Of a stretch of 64,000 nucleotides of DNA, positions 35,600 through 49,620 are shown one piece after another. The notes under the pieces were generated by a model, which was given only the letters and a program-made list of their open reading frames with translations, was not told the origin of the DNA and did not search any database. Source of the stretch: Raillietiella orientalis (taxonomy: Eukaryota); NCBI GenBank assembly GCA_036172245.1, contig JAYWIR010000019.1, forward strand, positions 310,001 to 374,000, read 5' to 3'. Made by a program: the position numbers and the translations under genes. Every line of letters begins with the position of its first letter. Position 1 is the first letter of the stretch.

Positions 35600-38500
35600 A
35601 CGGGTCAAGGGATGCCACGTGAGAGCACCTCCGGCCAACCAGTATCACAGTCAAGCTGAGCGCGTCTGAGTAACTGGGAAGAACGAAGTGAGGAAACAGA
35701 ACGATTCGAGATGCGTGTTGGTACACTCTCTCCTCCCGGGCAGCTGATGTCACCGTTCGACGGAGGCTTGCAACGGCAGAATTCCTGGCCCTGGGGCACG
35801 ACCTTCCACACTTCCCGCTTCTTCCGACCTCTAGGCCAGTTCTTGTTTGTGTTGTAGCGTGTTCCTCAAGAGCAAACAAAATCACATTGTGTTTCGTAAA
35901 AACAACATATTGCGCTTTTCTTCCGAGGTTTTCTCGATCGATGAGAGAACATCTGAAAGAAAATCTAACTGATCCCATATGTTTTGAAAGTTCCGACCAG
36001 GCTGTCGTCGAATAAAGTCGGCGTATTGGTTTCTCCAAATCGCCGATGAAACCCGGTAGCTTCCGTTTCCAAAGAGACCGTGTGAAATTTAGGTTGGTGC
36101 GAGCATGAAATCCATCTTTCGTTGGCAGTCCCCAAATCCTCCGGTGAAGACTGCGTGCTGCTCGTGAGGCGCAGGCACCGCAGCATTTGAGCCGTTTCTG
36201 AATTCGAACTTCCATCCGAACTTTGCGCGAAGAATGAGGAAACTTTAGCAGGCACAGCTGCCCGAAGTGCTGAAAAATTCATTCACCGCCACCCCGTTGA
36301 TGTACCACCCAGGCACGGGTTCCTGCGCATCCCCGCTTGGGGTTGAAACCTTCTTCCGGAAACGCTGGTTGGAAAACTTTCCAGAATCCGTGACACCTTC
36401 CTTACTCAGAAGAATCTTCGAGTCCTCAGCGATTTCTTATTTGCAATGTTCCGGGTTCTCCCGAACTTGAAACCGCAAAGCAGATACGTAAAAAATCAAA
36501 AGAAATAGAAAAGCTCTCGTTTTATTCTCGTGGCTCTACAACTATGCAAGACGTACGTTTCTCGGAAGAGTGCATCGCCCTAGAAGAGCAGAACGGAGGA
36601 AACACGATTTACACGGATCTTCCTTCGTGTTCCGGGAACTGCTGCCGCTTGGCTCCATTCCTCTAATTGGATCTTCGGGAATTCGCGTCGTTCATTTGAG
36701 AAATTGTGCCCATCTAGTGATGCTCTAATTAGTGATTCCAAGTTTGATTAAGAGGATTCTGTCGTCAACTGCAAACGGCAAACGAAATGCCATGTTCCCG
36801 GTCCCGCTTCTGTGTTCCTTTCTTTCGAAGGGAGCAATACGCTGACTGCATTGAAAACGTGGGAAAGGAAAACACTGCAGTGCACGACAAAGTGAGCGAT
36901 GGGTAAATGGCCAACGAAAGCCTGTGTCGGGCAGAATGTGAAGAGAATCTGTGCCGTTTGCTGCGATGCTCTTTCTCGCTGCGTTCCCGTAAAAAACACA
37001 CACACACACAGTTCGGGCGCACCAGCTCGCCGTTTTCCTGCCAAAACTTCCTTTCGAGAGGTTTGGAAACACGAAAACACCCTGCTCGTGCAGAGGTCGT
37101 GGATGATTGATTCCTGCGTCGTCGTCGAGACGCATCTCTGTCTCCGAGATGTCGGTCCATTCCTCTCCCCTTCCCATCTCGAGTGTCAGTTCGTCTCTGT
37201 CAAAATCGTCCGCCCGATTTTGCATTCCTTCGACTTAACGAGAACGCCGAGGCGCGAGCGGGGCGACTTCGGCATGCTGACAGCACGGGGGCAGAGGCCC
37301 GAGAGGAAAAGCCAAGTGCTGCCCGAGCGATACGCTTCGCCGCAACGCGGACGGCGAAAACTTTTTTCATCCCAACTGATTAAAGGTTGACTCTCGAACT
37401 TCGAACTCGCATCTCTGAGATGCAGGTTGGATGTACACTCTCGCGGTCGCAATTTCCTCATCCTAAAGTACTGAAGTTTTGGCGTCAGGTGCTCTTGAAT
37501 CGCGACCGATGAGATCTTGCTCGCAGAGTACTGTCGATGCATTCATCCTTCCTCCCTGTTCGTCAAATACTTTCTCTTTGTCACATTCACCTCCTGACAC
37601 AGAGGTACTTGGTTACGCACCGAAGTTTCTGGCACGCTTGGTCTGACGCCTTCTGGCGTTGATGATTCGAACGCCTGGAGTGAGCCCCAAGCTTGAAAAC
37701 ACGGAAACTCCTTCCAGCGTACACAAAGATGGCCGTCTGAAGGCGGGAACGAGTCGAGCTCAGCTGCGACCTGAGACTCTGACCAAGTGCCGTTGCTCCC
37801 TCTCCAGCAATTTCCGCCTACCCAGGTTGAGGGTGCCGTGGCAACCGAGGCCTCGAGAGGTCAAGTGAGCACGTAGGCGCAGCACACCCTGAACGACATC
37901 GTGCCGTTCCTTTCTCCCGTTTTGCAGTGTTTATGGACGTTGAGTTGTTGTTCGAGTTTGCTCGCAGCCTAAAATCGCCGAGAAAAGGGAGACGATCCTG
38001 CGACTCGGTAGACCACACCCGAAATTCTTCCAGCCTCGTTCCCGTGGGTATCTGTAGCTTCTTCCCCGTTCTTCGTTTTCATTTCGTTTTTGCGACGAAC
38101 GTGTTGAGCACTTCGTTCCTTCTTATTCCAGGAACGGTTGATTCCACGGTCTCGGAACGCAACACCCTCACTTTGTCTGCCCACGTAAAATAGGTAACTA
38201 ACGGAGGTGCACCGACTGATGGGGGGAGGGTATTTTCGTTGGTTTCAATAATTAAAACTTGGCAGAGAGAAAGAAGAATAAAAAAAATGGCCGAGGAGCA
38301 TCACTCTTGGCGCTCGGTAAATTTTTATCAAGTCGATTATCTGGAAGGATCACACGAGGATAAACGAAGGAGGGGAGAACCCCGGCGTGGCAGCAGCAAC
38401 TGAAGGCACCCATTTTCATGCAGAGCTGAAAAAATGTGGGCGTTCCGAAATTTGGCCAAGTGCTGAATGAATTTGCAACAGATCGCGCCAGGTAAACGAA

Positions 38501-39260
38501 AAGTGCCCTACGGACGGAATGCATGGATAAATAAAGATTATGCAGTACCGGATTGAGGAAGAGTAATCGGAAATTCCATCAGGTTCCAAGTGCATTTCTT
38601 GGTAGTTCGATAATGAACCGGCTGCATATCTAATCTAACAAAACGAGTCTCGGATCTCACAAGCAGATGGTCAGAACGGTTGTGCACAATAATCTGATCC
38701 ACGAGCAGGGAAGGAGAGTTGAGGATTTGTTGCAGTCGCCCTCGGGTGGGAAGCTGACTATGCAACCTCAGGCTCATCCTTGATGGTGCCCTAAATAAAA
38801 AGCACACACAGGTAATGATGAAGTGAATCAGCAGGTTCAAGATCTCACTTTCACAATTTTGAACGAACACTGGAAAGTGCCCAAGACCAGCTGTTGGAAA
38901 AACACATAACATATTGAAAGGTTTGGTTGGGTCGGAATTGGAAACCCAAGTGTACTCGCACTGAATCTTGCTGGTTTGTTATGTTAACCAGACTTCAACT
39001 CAAGCTCGCAAAACATTGTCTTGCTGTCCAATATCAGGTTCAGAGTGCAGATTTTGTGTTGTGCTGTGTTTCATTTTTCTTTTGCATTGATGCAAAAAAT
39101 GTGCTTCCATCAAGGAACACAATGTGGCCTTCTCTGGCTGTTTGCAGCTTCACAAGATGGCTTCCCATTGCCAGTTTCCAGCATGCTACAATCCTTGGCC
39201 AAAATGATATGTGGGAAAACCTACGTTGCTTCACTTTCAAAGTTTTCCACTAAGAAATCA
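35600..39260 (-). CDS. Unidentified multi-exon gene(s), candidate exons only
   Basis: Examples: 37227-37081 aag|GMQNRADDFDRDELTLEMGRGEEWTDISETEMRLDDDAGINHPRPLHEQ|gt (147 bp, symmetric phase); two exons at ~38890-38758 joined by a 58 bp GT-AG intron giving LVLGTFQCSFKIVK/GTIKDEPEVA*. No family recognised; that stop would imply more than one gene. Confidence 0.3.
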
Positions 39261-40085
39261 GTCTCGATGTTTCAGAATGGACTTGAATTTTCATTTTCAT
39301 TTCAGAAATCTTTCCTTTTTCTCCCTCAAATGCTGCATATCTGTAGCCTTTAGCATTACTCCTTTCACCTTATAGTTTTGTTTTATTTTTTGGTTGGACA
39401 TGACTTTGATAAACTGTTAAAATCATCCTAATCAGCACTTCTGGTTGTATGCCTGCATTCTCCTCTATCTATGTAAATCTGATGTGTTGCAATACATTTG
39501 TTTCAATCTCTCACTGAGCATATTATGAAAACACTTAATGGTAACAAGCAATACAGCATTTATGTCGTAAAATGACAATATTGATTTCTGTTTCCAAACT
39601 ATTTAATTGATAAAGAATCCTGGGAATCAATGCAATATGCTTTTACAACTCTTTCCAAGGGGGGAAAGAGTTTAACCCCAACTGCAGCAGTGAATGTTGG
39701 GAAAATCTGATGGGAAGGGCACTGCAAACCAATAAAGCTTTGGGATGTTTGATGAGTTTGAAATAAACTATAACTCTGGGTTTGTGAGAAACATGATAAC
39801 AGGATGAGTTCGCAGGCAAAAAAAGGGGGGAAAATAAGTTCCTAATGATTTTGGAAATGCCTCTGCTGTCAAAGGGAGACTTACTGTCAGGTCACAACCA
39901 CTACTGGATTTATGTTATCGTGTCAATAGCAATATTGAGATCCAGGTGCATCTCGCCCATGACACACATTTAGTTTCCAATAGTGATCATGCCAAAACTA
40001 CACGGTTCGTACCGTCTTAATGCAGCCCAACCACAAAACACGGGAACTAACTTCGGGGAAACAGTCTACCCTCTTTGGTACACAG

Positions 40086-42851
40086 GAGCAGGATGGTGCC
40101 TGCCGCCGCATGCACAAGTCGGAAGGATTTGATAATTTATGCAGTTCTTGGGAGCCACCATTGCAGCAACCACAGTGGGCGAACCACCAGGAAACCATAC
40201 TGGAGACTTAACTTTACACCGTATTTACCTGCCTGTGCATCTCAAAAAACACATTCCTCTTCCTACAGGACACGCATCTATGAACTGAAATCTAGGTTGC
40301 AAAAAAAACAGGAAGATTTCAAGAACTTAGCCTACACGACAAGTAAACTCTTTCGCTGCCTAACACCCTCCCCCCTCCCCTCCTGTATGTGCGAATCACA
40401 GATTGCCAAACTATGTCTCATTTTCCTAGTAAAAAAAAAAAAAATTCACACCTCCTTTTTTTAAGTGCATCCTGTCCCAGAGAAGTTGCTATCGGGGAAT
40501 CCAGTTTAATTTATCATAAAAGTCCAACAAATAGGTATTTCGAACAAAGGTTTTAGAAAGCAGAGGGAAGGTATTACGTGGAAAGGAAGAGCGCCTTGAA
40601 GATTCTGATGGAGCACGTGCTGCATGGAGCCGATGGGAACGATTCGCAAGCTGAAGAGGAGAGGGTAAGGGATGTGAGATTATTCTGAAATTGAAAACAA
40701 GCGAAAATAACCATAATGGGAGAATTGAACTAGTCAGTGGAACAGTGCACTACCGAATACAAAGAGTTATCACTTTGAGTTGCATATTTGGTGAAAGGAT
40801 ACATGAAGTGAAACGACGACATCAGTCGAGACTTGAGAGATCACGTATGAATAACTTGATAAACGAAAAGGATGGGCACAGTAAATAATGAAGCAGTTTA
40901 ACGAGAAGAGTTTCGACCTTGTAGGCAAGCTAACATCTCACTGTTGCCAGTAATGCATTGCCAATGCTTCCTGAGATTCTTGAGCTTTTTGGCAAACTTG
41001 AGGAGATTTAAGGAATACGATACATCCTTGTCACAACCTCACCTCATAAAATTCTCTAAAAAAAAAAGGAAACAAAGTGCTAAATATACGTGGAAGGATG
41101 AAAATTACCCAAACTCGCCATATGGAAGTGAGAAAAAAGAAACTCGACATCAATACATGAGAACACATGAAGTCCAGTTTTTGTGTCTACTTGCAAATGA
41201 GAAGGATCTCAAAGCATTTTTTGGGCAGTAACCTAAATGTTCCAGCATCATAGTATGAAAGCAACAAAATTAACATCCCACCTGGTTGATTCATATTTAA
41301 AAAAAGAAGAAGTAGGGCTAGTATAGAGCTGGAACAGGAATTGTGAAAGATCCCAGAAATCGCACGAGAGTACTACGAAGATAATGCCTTTTTTCATCCT
41401 GTGGAACAAGTTTTTTGGAAAAATAAGCTGTCTGATTTATGTATGTATCCTAGAAAATGGTACAGTTTCAGAGATGCGACACAAGACTTTCGGTTCTAAG
41501 GCTAAATATCCGGTCTCGTGAAATCTCTCCCTGTTTGATCCACTGGCAAAGTCTTGTTGCAGAGGCACTGATCTCCAGATCTAGAGCTGTTCTAAACGTC
41601 GCGGTGGGGTTGATAAACTCCGTTAAGTTTTGCCCATTTCAATTCCTCATGTTTTCAAATATGGAAACGTTTCACATGCTGCGTGAATTAGTGATCAAGA
41701 AAAAACTCTTTGCGGAGTCTTTGGAGTTAGCAATAAAATCCTTTTCTTTCTCTCTCTCTCCGCAGGAGCATAATCGCACGAGCTGAGCAGTTTTACATAT
41801 GCAACTTTTCGGAAGAGCTTCTAGAAGTTGAAGGTATAAAACGTGGACACTGTGTCACTTCATACAGATCCTTGAACAAAATGCTGATGAGGATTGATGG
41901 TAAAATGGAAACGCTCCTTTGGCAATGCCTATTTGACCTATGTGTGTTTCCAGCTTTGTTCTGAACAAAACAAATGCATGAAAACAATAAGTGATGCATA
42001 GAAACGTAAGACGCATATGCACATGAGTGCATAACTTGAGCTTAGAAAACGCTGAAAAGTCAGACAGTTTCCGAGAACTTTTGGATGCACCGATTCTGAG
42101 CCTTCGAAAGAGAACAATTTTATATCATGATTGTGAAAACTGCCGCCACTGGTCCCGAATGCATCCAGATTTTGATTGATTGCATATCGATTTAGATACT
42201 GCAAGCATATGGCGGTGCCACTTATAGATCAGGGGAAATTATGAGGCAACTCCAGCTCGAGAACTGAACTAAAAAGAAATGTCCTGCAACGTGTGGGTTT
42301 TCATAAAATAAAAATGTCCGGAATCTGGAGGAGCCTATTGAGACCAGAGAAAAGAATTATTGAGAGAGCTCTTGAAAGAGCCGCCCTACAAAGTAACAGA
42401 CCAACTGTAACTTTGTAGTATCCCACACCTTGATGTGGAACCAAAACTCGGAGCAGTCGTGTCTGGAATTGCATCCACAAGCGAAAAGCATCCTTCGTGA
42501 TGGGATTTCTGGAATTCCGGGATTCCTTGAATGGACTGCGTTTGCTGGGCAAATGGCGGAAGCATTCGTTCTGAATTTGATGGATGGCATTCTAGAGATG
42601 AAACACAGGCATCATTGCCACCGTGACTGAGAATTCACATCATAGCCATCCTGCCCAAGCACTTCAAGCGATTTCGCACATCATCGTGTGATCCTCATCC
42701 AACACTTTAGTATGCATTTTTCTTTACTGAATTGCTTTCTCAACTGATTCCTTTCCATTTCCTCCAACAAACCATGGATTTTCTGCTACCAGACCATCTA
42801 CTTGCTCGCCCTGGATATTTGCTTATAGTATTCAGGAACTTGTTACGCAAC

Positions 42852-42924
<73 letters not shown>

Positions 42925-43669
42925 CTCGTGCGTACGAAAACACAAAGTGTTAGCAAGCCAAATGCAATAAAAGTAATGAAATGCAGAAAAAAATGCTCCA
43001 CTTCTCGGACTTTACGTTTTTCTCCTTCACGAGCACAGTGAAACCTCCGCGTGCCGCGTTTTGAGCGGATGAGTGGTTGTTTTGCTCATCAGGGGTCTTG
43101 TTCCTCATGGGCTCAGTTTGGTGCTCGAGAAGCACATGGAATCATTGCTTCCAGAACAGACTGCGTTGAAGCTTTCTCTTCTTGAAGTCTCTTCTTCAGC
43201 AAGAAGCTTTCCCTCCTTAGTGATGAGAAAGGGGCTGAGAAGCGGAAGACACTTGGCGCTTTTTAGGTCATCGAGGAACCCTAACCACGGGAAGTTTGTA
43301 TCACACGTGCGAACACAGAAACAGAGTCTTCCCGGTGAAGGAACCAGCAGTTCGAAGGAGCAAGCTGCGGAGCTTCTCTCAAATGGACAGACCGTTAGCA
43401 TCTGGTGAAGAACTCGGTTTCCAGGACGAGCCCCAAAAGTTCACAGCTGTCTATCGATTCGCATATCGAAGATTCCACCTGAATCATGGATCACATGGCA
43501 CTGTACATCTGTGGCACTTCATCAAAAAAACGTTCTTAAGGTCTTTGAAGAGATGCATTTTTTTTTTTACCATTTTTTTCCGGTATTTATCAAAAAAGAT
43601 AGCATCCACGACCTCGCTAGAGAAATTCGGAGAGCGGAAAAGCCCAAGAAGCTCAGCCTCCAAGAGGAA
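40086..43669 (+). CDS. Unidentified multi-exon gene; in-frame chain 40086-40220, 40269-40342, 40466-40503, 40557-40664, further candidate exon 43599-43669
   Basis: GT-AG introns of 48, 123 and 53 bp keep one open frame: ...PYWRLNFTP/TRIYELKSRLQKKQEDFKNLAYTT/MHPVPEKLLSGNP/KAEGRYYVERKSALKILMEHVLHGADGNDSQAEEER. Later DSIHDLAREIRRAEKPKKLSLQEE. Start and stop not located. Confidence 0.45.
42854..42920 (+). repeat. (GT)~33 microsatellite
   Basis: Perfect GT dinucleotide run. Confidence 0.98.
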
Positions 43670-45880
43670 GTGTTCTTTACGATTAGCCACCATACAAGTT
43701 TACAAGCTGGGCGTGGTAGGCAATGCGGGGGCGATTTGGGGACAATTATCGCGTGCTGGCCCCATAAACCCCTCCTTCGCCGGGCTCAGATCAGACCAAG
43801 GGCAAAAGTCCCAGCGCCGATCGAATGAAACTTTCGTGTTCCATGCGGCTCTGCGGGTAAAAGGGTTGAGGATTCGGGAGAAAGAGTAGGTCGGTTCATT
43901 TGCGTGTGGGGATAGGAAGCGTGCCAAAGATGAGCTTGAGAGACGCATTCCGTGAGGCTCCGTGGATCCTTCGTTGACAATGCGGAAGCTGCCTTCACCA
44001 GCCGCAGCAGCAACGGTTAGGGATGAGGTCGACGGCTCCCCGGGGGAGCGAATCAGGGAAACCGTTGGGATAAAAGGGAGTTCATACCAGCTGCGCGATC
44101 CGCCGCGCTCTCGCCCACTCCAGACGAGTCTTCCCACAGTCGCCGCCTTCCTCCCGCCGAAGTCATTGCTCTTCGGGTCCGGAATTCCCGCAGCGGATTC
44201 GCTACGGACCGCACCGATCGGTGGTTTGGATTGCCCAAAGAATTTCGACGTCGGAGAAGGAGGTGGGAAGGGGACCAGGAGCTCATAAAGGATTCCTGCT
44301 GGAAATCAAAATCCATTGCCTCACAAATTGGGAGTGCAGTTCGCTGTGCCTCGATGCTTGATGGTGTTAATGATTTAATTATAAAGGAATTCTTTCCTCC
44401 CTCCCCCCCCCCCCTTCTGAGACCCATGTGCTGGTGGTCCCGCACCCGAAAGCAGTGGCAGCCATCATCATTACATAAGGTGGCGTCCCCTTTCCACACG
44501 GAGAAGAGGAGAAGGAAGAAAGATCGTTACTCAGCGGAGACGTGATGACCTCCCGCGACCGAAGGTGTCCATTCCGCTGAATGGGGAAATACGGCTTCCC
44601 GGAAAATTCCCTGGGACTGCGAATAGCAGTCCGGTCTTCTCGAGAATTATTTATAACTCATTTAATTGCCCGGCCGGAAGAATTAGCTGAGAAATGAATT
44701 TTTCATCGCAGTCATCTGTTAGCAGGCTTACGGCAAGCGGCCCTCGAAGAACACGGTGCAGGTTCTCATAGGTTGAGAACTTGGGCGCAGATAATTTATA
44801 GTTATCTGGGAAGTGTTTTCAGGGACTCATGAATTTCTCACGAGCTCACTCCTGGAGCACTAATTCTCCTTCCGTGGACCACTGGAGATGGAAGGTTATC
44901 AGAGAAATAAGATGCCGAGTGTAATCAGCGTTCGGCGAAGAGGAGGATTGCCGAAACCCTTCGTGGGGGGAAGGGACCGATAGGACGCTCTTCCCGCCTC
45001 CTGCCGCGCGCAATACCGGGGTCAGCTACCGGGACTGTTATTTTCTTTTTTTTAGCCGCCTTTTTTTTCCGCGGCACACGCCCAACTAACGGCTTCCTTC
45101 GACGCGAGCGCCATCTCGGGACGGAGATCAGAAGCCGCGTTTTGCCGCCGACGGCGCTGCCGCCGCTATCGTCCCCTCAGCCTCGAGACGAGTTGACTGT
45201 CCCCCCAGGCACCGTGTGCGCGGGCGGGACAGCAATCCACGCGCTCTCTGCACCGAGGCGGTGCGCGCTCCGTGTCGCGCAGGCGCACTCGGGAGGGACC
45301 GGGACACGAAGCGGGGAAGATGCTCTCTCGGTACGGAGACCCGAAAGAACGGGAAAAAGATGCAGCATCCTTCGTTCCGCCACCCCTTGGACCACCTAAT
45401 TCTTCCTCTGCGCACCCACTTCACGTCCCAGACGTCCCCAAGAACGCTCGGAAGCGAGAGAACCTCCCCTGCGTCCCCCAGGAAAATTTGGAGATTTCGG
45501 GCTTCCTGGTCCATCACTACGCTACCAGCGGCCCTTCAGATCTTGCTGGTGCAGCGGGATCACCTTGGGAACGAGGCGTGAACGCCACCACCACTCCTCG
45601 GCGGGGACGGTGCCTGGAGAGTGCACTCGCTGCGGGATGGGGGCAACCCCGCCGCAAGCGCTCCTCGCGCGCGGCAGGGTTGCCCCTCTTCGGAGCGGTG
45701 TTGACCTCTCCTGGAGGACCAGCCGCGGCCTCAAGGGCCATCCTAGCCAGCCTCTGCACGCGAAAGGTCGTCGGCGTGCCATCATCCCGGGTGGTAGCCA
45801 TTGGCAACCGCCGTCTCCTGCACACGTAGGGAGTCGAAATGTCTCGATCCGGGAGGTGAGGGGAGCGGGTGCCTTCGGGT

Positions 45881-47096
45881 GACCATGGACAGACTGATCC
45901 GGCCCCGCTGAGCGCACCCCACCCATCTGTCCCCTACGCAGGCACTCGGAACCCTCCTGAGAGCCTCGAGGCAGGCCCTTCGCATCCTCTATTTACCTAC
46001 GGGCCTCACTACGCCTTCCTATACTCCCCTCCCCCCACGAGTCCTACGCCGCGGTGAGGGTGGTCCCATTGGGATCCCGTTGGCTTGCCCATCGCGATGA
46101 ACTTCCGGGACGAGAAGGGCACGCCGGGCGGCCACCCAATGGGAACGCTCGCACGCGCAACCAGGAAACGCGAAAGGAGGGGAGCGCGTAGCGTCCGCCG
46201 CGTGGTCGGCCTGGGGCAGGAGTGGGGGTCACCGTGCTGCCGTCCCGCCGCTCAGCGGAGGGAAAGGACGCCGCTGATACTCCTCTCTGGGTGCGTGGCT
46301 GGGGGGCAAGGAGTGAGCCGCGATCAGCTCGCCGACCTCCGCAACGCCGGCACGAGCTGGCCGAGAGGATGACCGGGAGAACGGCCATCCTCTCGGAGGC
46401 CTCCTCCTCCTCCTCCTCTTCTCGGTCAGCAATCGCCGTCTTCCCGGGGCGACTCGCCCCCGTGCCGAAGGGAGCCGTCGTGGCGATGGCTGCGGCAGGA
46501 GTCCGCGCTGCAGGAGGGGGCGGGAGGCGCCCACGCTCCTTCGGACAGAGCCCCGCCTACCTCGGGCAAACTTCCACCCCTCCCCGCCAGGTGGTGGTGA
46601 TGGCGAGACCGTGCGCCTCCGGGCCGAGGCAAGCGCAGCCGGCTCCACCCAAAGAAGGCGACGAGGGGGAGGAAGGCTGTCCGGGAAAGGGGGCGGGGGG
46701 TGGCGCCGATTTCCCCCGGTACTCCCAGGCACCGCAGGTCCGTCCCCGCTCTCGAGGCCCAGCGCCCAGCACTTCCTCCTGGAGCACCGATCTCCGGCTG
46801 CGGTACCGCGGCAGCAGCGGAGGTGCGGTGTCCGGCGCCCGGATCGGAGACGCACCGGAAGAGGCGACCCGAGACGCCAGCAAAGCTGAAGGAGGCAACA
46901 CTGGTCGTACTGACGCTGGAAGTGGCGGCGGTGGTGGCAGCTCTGGCTGGTAGTGCTGGTGGTGGTAGAACGACTGGTAACTGGCAGTAGAAGTAGTGCT
47001 GGCTGTGGTGACAACGCTGCACTGGTAGAACGAAGGTAGCAGCAGCGGCCGTACTGATTCTAGGAGGAGTGCGGAAGTTAATAGCAGCACTGCACT
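45881..47096 (-). repeat. ~1.2 kb inverted repeat, right arm
   Basis: Reverse complement of 30740-31949. Confidence 0.97.
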
Positions 47097-48489
47097 GGTA
47101 GAACTGGTCGTGGTAGGAGGACTGGTGGCACTGATACTTGTAGTGAATACTGTGCAAGTGTCAGCAATGTTGGTACTGACGCTAGCAGCAGTATTGGAGG
47201 TGTGGTGGCAGTACCGCACTGATAGAACTGGTGGTGTTGGTAGCAACGGCAGTAGTGACTCTGGAAGAAGTGCGGACGTCTGGTGCTGTTAGCACTGGTA
47301 GAAGGGATGCGGTTAGCATCGGTGGTGGTAGCAACAATGGTAGTCCAGGCATTGCTGGTGGTGGCAATAGCGACAGTGTTGGTGATAGCAGTAGCGGTGG
47401 ACGTGTGGTGGTGGTCCATGTGTTCCCTGCTGAATCGGCGGGATGAGGCGAGCACTTTTTCAGTGCGACAACAGCAGAAGTTTTGGCGGTCGGACACGGA
47501 GCTTTCCCTTCCAGCATAAGTCCTTGCCGCAGCCATGACCAGCGCCACCGTGGCGTAGCGGCAGAATCGGGAACCCGTCCTGGAACCTTCAGTCCGCGAA
47601 GCACTGGAAGCGTTCCGGTGAGAGTGGGGCGGAGAGTTCCCTTCCCCCACGACAGGCTCGCACCCTCGTCTTCAGCTGCCCTCCATCTGTCTGCTCGGGC
47701 AAACTCCCTCCTCTGGAGAACTACCGACCAAGGATCTCCACTCGCGGCGGACGGGGGAAGGATGGGTCAGTTTCGTGTGGCCCTCGGGTGGACTTCTCTG
47801 AGATGGATGGGCGCAGGAAAGAGGAGCAGGGCGCCGTGGCTTCAGGGACGCAGCGTGGAGGCGCCAACGTCCCCCTCGCAGCGGAGGCATGGCGGTCCCG
47901 CCGCGCGGAAGACCCGGCAGAGGGAAGATGGCGGGCAGTGGCGGCCTACGAACGGGGATGCGGGAAAGTCGAGGAGGGCGAGGCGGCAAGAAACGAGAAG
48001 CTTCGCTGGGAGCAACACCTCCGCCCCGCTTCCTCCTCCTCCTCCTCCTCCGCTCCCGGAAGAAGGAGGCGAAGCGAGAAGTCTTTACTGTCCTCGCGTC
48101 GAGGTCGCGGGATTCAGCGCGCCCCGTGCGCCCCGCGAAAGCTTGACAGGGTGGTCTCGACTCCCGATGCGAGCAGAGACCCTCCTCCTCGTCGGCTGCG
48201 CCCGGGCGAGTCGGAATCGACCGGCAAAGCTCCTGGCTCGGATCGCCCGCTACCACGACGTCGTGGGACGGCCCGGAAAAAAACTCCGGCATGGCGGTCG
48301 CGATTGAACTGGATCGTCTCCCGGGTGTGCCAGGACGTTTATTCCATATAAAAATAAACATTCGCAATCTCTGTGGTTGGGTCGATGGTCTAACCACTTC
48401 CTTTTCAGAACAAACCTTCCGGGCACTCCCTTTGCTGGTGAGGAGACCGGTGAGGCCCACCACGGCAGCAGAGGGGAGAAGCAAAGTCC

Positions 48490-49620
48490 TTGCTTCATGT
48501 TGCTCTTCAGGTGGGGCTATCTCGTTGCCATCCTCATGAAGCGGACGGCGAAGTCGATGTGGCATCCCTGTCGCCGTGCCCTCTTCTTGAGTCGCTCCAG
48601 GCGGCCACGATCCCGCGCAGGCAGCAGGCAGCTGCTAGCGAGACGGCTGGCCGAAAAGCCGGGAGGTCGTAATGCGTCCCTGGAATTGCCGCCGGGGGTA
48701 CCTCGGATCGCGGCGAAGTGTTCCCAAAGGGGCAACAGAACCCACAAGAAGGAGCAGGAGGGATTCCTGCTTTCTGCACCTGCCACAGTTCGGGTCCACC
48801 CCCCTTCCTGGGTCCAGTAATGCCAGTTGTCCAGACCCCAGTGCAGAAGCAGCATCCCTGACCCCTGCCACCTTAAGGGGAAGTGCAGATGTCTATAAGC
48901 ACCGAGGGCCACTGCAGGTCTTCCTCCGGAATACCCAGTAGCACGCCACAGCTCAGAAGTCCATGAGGTCGAGCACTCGGGGTAGCACCATCTATAAGCT
49001 GCCTCGGCGTGCACTCACGTAGTCCTTTCCTCTTACTTCCTATTTCTTTCTTGCCTCTTGTTTTCCATGAATACCTCCTATTTTTCCGGAATGCTGCTGT
49101 CCATCTGTTCCCTCAGGGAGGGCATCGCTGAGGCAAAGGAAGTTCTTCCTGACCACGCACTCCTTCCTGGATCTTGCAGAACCTCCCGGAGCCAGCACCT
49201 CCTGTAAGAACCGTGCAGGAATCGCTGGGTTGTTCCTGGCATCGCTCCTGGTTCCTCGCCCACGTGCGAACGGTTTCCTGCAACCAGGCACTACCGTTCG
49301 CGGGGCAGCAGGAGATCCAGATATCGGTCGTCCTGGTCAGCGTAGTCACCCGCCGAAGCTGCGGGCCGAAGTGGGAGAAGCTGCGTCAACGGCGCTCAAG
49401 GAAAGACCCACGCTGGAATTGGGCTTTCTGGAAGAGGAGGCGTTCTGGCGGGCACCAGGTGGTGCTTCACGACTATGCCACGAGGGCGAGTCTTCGGATC
49501 TGGAGCTGAAGATATATGCGCTCCAGCGTCGGGAGGCCTGGGCCGCAGTCCCGATGCGGCACACACAAATCCCTCAGTCGGACTCGGGACCTCCCTTTGC
49601 CCCGCTGTCACCCAGTCACG
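48490..49620 (-). mobile_element. L1/Tx1-like ORF2 3' fragment
   Basis: GVDPNCGRCRKQESL zinc finger and PLWEHFAAIRG; homologous to 28920-29250 and 12080-12250. Confidence 0.7.

Noticed and set aside
45215..45290. tRNA-like sequence on the minus strand (also ~24850-24900)
   Set aside because: B-box too degenerate and no convincing cloverleaf.
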